A stretch of 32,000 bases of DNA from Candidatus Kuenenia stuttgartensis (lineage in GTDB: Bacteria > Planctomycetota > Brocadiia > Brocadiales > Brocadiaceae). Positions 28,553 to 32,000 of the stretch are shown here, in pieces. The notes beneath the pieces were generated by a model. The model saw only the letters and a program-made list of their open reading frames with translations, did not search any database and had not been told where the DNA came from. The stretch covers positions 4,230,001 through 4,262,000 of the forward strand of contig NZ_LT934425.1 of NCBI RefSeq assembly GCF_900232105.1. Direction: 5' to 3'. The position numbers and the translations under genes were made by a program. The first letter of the stretch is position 1. Each line of letters begins with the position of its first letter.

Positions 28553-29933
28553 GCCTCATCCGCAGAATCTGTGGGTAAGTATTGGTTCCGGCAAATTACC
28601 AAGAGTATGATACAAGGCTGTTTGCAGGCATTCCAGAGATTTATAACCATAAGCCTTTCTCATAGTCAGTTTCGCCTTAAGGTTAAACCCCTCAACCGTA
28701 CCGGAAGAAAGTCTGCCATCAGCCTTGAACCAGTTGAGAATGAGCTGCTTGTGATTGCGCAACATCTTTGCCACTTTTTTCATAGGTTCCAGGTTGGTTT
28801 TTAGGGTTCTCGTAATCCAGTTCTCGAGAAACCTGTCTGCATACGCCGGATACTTATACTCCCAAAAACGCTGAAAATCTTCACGCATTAAATATGCCTT
28901 TATTGAACTCAGGTTGATCTTAACTATCTGGCTTAACCGTACCGTTTGCTTTTCTGTCAAGTTCTCAGGCCTTTTCAACAGTAACCAACGGCTCTTTTCC
29001 AAAACATTGTCTGTGCCTTCATCCTTGAGCTTTTTGACCTCTTCCCTCCGTATCTGGTCTATGGCTTCATTGAATTTCTTCATGATGTGGAAACGGTCAA
29101 GAATATTAAGCGCCTGGGAAGCCTTCTTCGCTATCACCTTCAGGTACGGCGACCACATATCGCTGCAAACGAATTTGATTCTCAGACAACGTTCTCTACC
29201 TAACTCCATGAAAAACTTCAGCAGGGTCTTTGCCTTCCGCTCAGGGCCACTCCATAAAAGCCTTTTGGCATGCGAATCAAGCTGATATACAAGGGTTAAA
29301 TACTTGTGGCCACTCCAGACTTGTATCTCGTCTATTCCTATTTCCGTTATATTCTCCAAGTCCCTGTGGGCAAGGCCGTAGGCAACTACAAACTGCACTG
29401 CCCTATACACACTGTCCCAACTGGACTTGAATATCTCGGCTGTCTCTTTCCAACTCAGGCGTTTAGCCCATCGAGACAGGAATACCTTGTATGTGGTGGT
29501 CATCTGCTCCTTACCTTCTGACCAGGGAATTCGCTCTACATGGATTCCGTCCACTGGACAGGCGGCGCGTCGCGGGGAATATCGGAAAAATACTTGAAAC
29601 CCCCATAATGGCGGATACTCGTATAACCGGGACGGCTGTGTATCATACCCAGACGCTCTCTTCCCACATACTGAACATTCAGGCTTGGCATTTACCCTCG
29701 GCTTTATATCTGCTACTAATGCCTTTCTACCATTTATGACCTCGAAACTGACTGCTTTGTAAACAAATGACTTGAAATTCTCTACCGTATTTAATAATGT
29801 CTTTATCTGCATTGCCTCTCCTTTTGGGTTAAGATGCTTTCTTGATAAAAAACATCTTACTCCCTTTGGGATGGCAATGCACCTTTTCTCTTACTAATCC
29901 TTACTTATTACCCACAGATTCTGCGGACGAGCC
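28553..29933 (-). mobile_element. Complete ISL3-family insertion sequence (1381 bp)
   Basis: Imperfect IRs GCCTCATCCGCAGAATCTGTGGGTAA / GGCTCGTCCGCAGAATCTGTGGGTAA (24/26), 8-bp TSD AAAAAACT at 28545-28552 and 29934-29941, intact transposase inside. Confidence 0.93.
28556..29812 (-). CDS. ISL3-family transposase
   Basis: 418 aa. N-terminal zinc ribbon (CSVCGKRASGYDTQPSRLYEYPPLWGFQVFFRYSPRRAACPVDG), DDE-type core ITEIGIDEIQVWSGHKYLTLVYQLD...FVCSDMWSPYLKVI...ILDRFHIMKKFNEAIDQIRR...SSGTVEGFNLKAKLTMRKAYGYKSLECLQTALYHTLG. Confidence 0.95.
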   Translation of the reverse strand: MQIKTLLNTVENFKSFVYKAVSFEVINGRKALVADIKPRVNAKPECSVCGKRASGYDTQPSRLYEYPPLWGFQVFFRYSPRRAACPVDGIHVERIPWSEGKEQMTTTYKVFLSRWAKRLSWKETAEIFKSSWDSVYRAVQFVVAYGLAHRDLENITEIGIDEIQVWSGHKYLTLVYQLDSHAKRLLWSGPERKAKTLLKFFMELGRERCLRIKFVCSDMWSPYLKVIAKKASQALNILDRFHIMKKFNEAIDQIRREEVKKLKDEGTDNVLEKSRWLLLKRPENLTEKQTVRLSQIVKINLSSIKAYLMREDFQRFWEYKYPAYADRFLENWITRTLKTNLEPMKKVAKMLRNHKQLILNWFKADGRLSSGTVEGFNLKAKLTMRKAYGYKSLECLQTALYHTLGNLPEPILTHRFCG

Positions 29934-30389
29934 AAAAAACTAAAGTGTTACAAATTGTTACCAAAAATGCAAAATTTGCATAGGCAAAAAATTAAATAAA
30001 ATATGCATAGGGTTAGGCGCGAATACTTTGTTTGTGTGTATTTAATCAAAGGCATACGTTTTCCATCATATATCTATAAAGTATGTAAGTATTTGATAAA
30101 CGTATTCTTATGCGTTGATTGCAGATATTGCAAAGCGGCATCCTTTATTCGTTTCATTTCCTTGGGTATTTTATTTATTAATTATCAAATAATTAGCGTT
30201 AATGGTTGTAATATAAATAGTTATATTTAATACAAAAAACCCTTTCTCGTGCTGGCATACTATTTGTTTAATTGTGAAGATAAGAAGCTCTCACACATAG
30301 GAAATGGGGCATTGTTTTGCAGGAATGGGTACTTTGTAATAAAAACAATACGAACAATTTTAGAAATAATTCTTGAGAAAAAAATTGTT

Positions 30390-30767
30390 ATGAAAATAAT
30401 TAAAGTTGACGAATCAAAAATATCAGATGACTTGTTTAACATTGTCAAACTTGTATTCAGGGATAAAATGGACTGGAACTGTCCTGTGGAAGTTTGGCGC
30501 ATGTGGATTAAAAAGGAAACAAAATCATGGAACCATTTTGTACAGTGGTTCCTGGACTATGATAAAAACATTGATTTGAAGTTGCGGGAGTTTTTGCACA
30601 TGCATAATGGCGAATTTGAGGCGTTTACGAAAAACTGGGTTGCTGAGGATGAGCAAACATCATTCTATGAATTTTATGCAGAAAAGAAATGGGAAGAGGT
30701 CTTATCAAATATACAGAAATTTTTCACAAACACAGCAAAAAACATAAACAACACAAAACTACCCTAA
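30390..30767 (+). CDS. Hypothetical protein (125 aa)
   Basis: MKIIKVDESKISDDLFNIVKLVFRDKMDWNCPVEVWRMWIKKETKSWNHFVQWFLDYDKNIDLKLREFLHMHNGEFEAFTKNWVAEDEQTSFYEFYAEKKWEEVLSNIQKFFTNTAKNINNTKLP; protein-like composition but no family recognised. ORF track start 30249. Confidence 0.5.
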   Translation: MKIIKVDESKISDDLFNIVKLVFRDKMDWNCPVEVWRMWIKKETKSWNHFVQWFLDYDKNIDLKLREFLHMHNGEFEAFTKNWVAEDEQTSFYEFYAEKKWEEVLSNIQKFFTNTAKNINNTKLP

Positions 30768-30851
30768 AATCGGTTGAGATAATTCTCAATGGGTAATCCA
30801 TGGGAATACTACCATTCACTTCCTACCATTCACTTCATTTGCTACTTTTTT

Positions 30852-31002
30852 GTAACACTTTATTTTTTTTAAAAATTCCAATATTGGCAATGTTTGCCGC
30901 ATAGTGTAGGGGCGAAGCATTTACCATAAATTGTTATAAATAAGTTCATACCCAAACGGGCAAATGCTTCGCCCCTACTTTTCCAAAAAACCAAAGTGTT
31001 AC
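30852..31002. repeat. Most complete copy of the GTAACACTTTAG-type element with GTAGGGGCGAAGCATTT hairpin core (151 bp)
   Basis: gtaacactttattttttttaaaaattcc...[gtaggggcgaagcattta...gcaaatgcttcgcccctac]...ttttccaaaaaaccaaagtgttac. Confidence 0.8.
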
Positions 31003-31315
31003 GATTTGTTTGACTTATAGCAACAGGAACGAAGGCTGCCGAGGTTAAGACTAAGAAAAAAGACTTAACTTTTTGGCAAAAGATTGATAGATTGATTATG
31101 TGGACGAGGAATAGTAATTATTAAGCTAAACATTTTACCATGAAAGAGTAAGGAGGTAAGTCCCTCCGTATTTCGGCATAAGAACTATCATTTTTGTTTC
31201 TTTTCGGGAGAAGAATCCAGTCTCCACATACATTTTCAATATCTCGACGGAGAAACAAAATTCTGGTGAGAATCACTGGTTTCACTTGCAAGGCATTATG
31301 GACTATCTACAAAGC

Positions 31316-31430
31316 AGTCATCATGTTTCATTTGCAACACCCAGAAACGATGAAAGATGAAAATGGTTTTATAACCCTATCATCTTGTAGTATCTGTACT
31401 TAAGCTATTTTTTGCAGTCTTACTTTCGAG
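31316..31430 (+). repeat. ~110-bp direct repeat, copy 1
   Basis: cagtcatcatgtttcatttgcaacacccagaaacgatgaaagatgaaaatggttttataaccctatcatcttg...ctgtacttaagctattttttgcagtcttactttcgag; similar to 31803-31911. Confidence 0.75.
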
Positions 31431-31544
31431 TTGGGAACATCTGGCATTTCTGTTTCTGTACCGGTTCTAATGTATAGGGCCATCCAAAAGGTATCAGCTT
31501 GTCATTGCAGGAGGCCCGGCTTGTCATCGCAAGGGTCTTTTTCT

Positions 31545-31750
31545 GCTTGTCATTGCGAGGGTATTTTCCGAAGCAATCAGTATACTACGAGATATTTCGT
31601 GACGTAAGAAACGCCATATCGCGAGAAAAGCAAATTAAGGGTGGCTCAAGGGCTAAAAAAATAGAATTAATTACTGGAATGAATGCGGGATGGAAGATCT
31701 CTATGACGGTTTATGAGATTGCTTCGGAAAATACCCTCGCAATGACAAGC
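31545..31750. mobile_element. Element-like structure: perfect 34-bp inverted repeats enclosing a GIY-YIG nuclease fragment
   Basis: GCTTGTCATTGCGAGGGTATTTTCCGAAGCAATC (31545-31578) is the exact reverse complement of 31717-31750. Confidence 0.8.
31579..31716 (+). pseudogene. GIY-YIG nuclease family protein, C-terminal fragment
   Basis: Translated VYYEIFRDVRNAISREKQIKGGSRAKKIELITGMNAGWK (ORF 31499..31753) matches the conserved C-terminal half of small GIY-YIG proteins (YYEEFxDxxxAIxREKQIKxWxRxKKxxLIExxNPxWxDL). Confidence 0.75.
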
Positions 31751-31802
31751 TGAGACCCCTGCAATGACAAGCGGATACCCTTGTAATGACAAAATAAGTC
31801 AT

Positions 31803-31911
31803 CAGTCATCATGTTGCATCAGCAACACCCGGAAACGATGAAAATGGTTTTATAGCCATATCATATTGCGGCACCTGTGCTTGAGTTATTTTTTGTAGTC
31901 TTATTTTCGAG
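31803..31911 (+). repeat. ~110-bp direct repeat, copy 2
   Basis: cagtcatcatgttgcatcagcaacacccggaaacgatgaaaatggttttatagccatatcatattg...ctgtgcttgagttattttttgtagtcttattttcgag. Confidence 0.75.
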
Positions 31912-32000
31912 ACAGGAAATACAAAAAATCATTGAGGAGAAAAAAACGACCTTGCAAAAAAGTGGAAGAAGCATTTTTGAAAGCCGAAATTGTAAATATA

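Noticed and set aside
31194-31403. 69-aa ORF
   Set aside because: No recognisable domain and overlaps the direct repeat at 31316-31430.
31499-31753. 84-aa ORF as an intact gene
   Set aside because: Its ends are inverted-repeat arms translated by chance; only the middle resembles a GIY-YIG protein, so it is called a fragment.
893-31911. Possible CRISPR array among the many short repeats
   Set aside because: Repeats are dispersed or palindromic without regular 30-40 bp spacer/repeat periodicity, and no cas genes are present.
1-32000. tRNA or rRNA genes
   Set aside because: I saw no convincing cloverleaf or rRNA signature by eye; a tRNAscan/Infernal run is needed to be sure.

Overview
The window looks like chromosomal DNA from a Gram-negative-type bacterium; an anammox-like planctomycete is only a guess from gene style. 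Housekeeping and envelope genes alternate with intergenic regions packed with repeats. Supported genes: hemC, dsbD, a secreted reprolysin-like metalloprotease, a DUF4143 ATPase, a ~2100-aa RHS/YD-repeat protein, a MalT-like ATPase regulator with SARP/BTAD-type C-terminus, an orphan HicB-like antitoxin, plsY, a Kdo/WaaP-type kinase, a heptosyltransferase-like GT9, a polyprenyl synthetase, tatA, an enoyl-CoA hydratase and a FadH/OYE-like flavoenzyme. Mobile DNA includes a complete ISL3 element (1381 bp, 26-bp imperfect IRs, 8-bp TSD AAAAAACT), a truncated IS4-type transposase, a RAYT fragment beside REP-like palindromes, and a 5'-truncated group II intron remnant. The most interesting non-coding signals are: (1) a dispersed element family sharing ends GTAACACTTTAGTTTTTTGAAAAA but with different hairpin cores, one copy of which is split by the ISL3 element; (2) a REP-like palindrome near a RAYT remnant and also inside the RHS ORF, where it encodes peptide in the same frame; (3) a GIY-YIG nuclease fragment enclosed by perfect 34-bp inverted repeats; (4) a decayed DUF6883/DUF4926 gene pair. 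No clearly intact, wholly new multigene system was found. All family assignments come from reading motifs, with no database search run.
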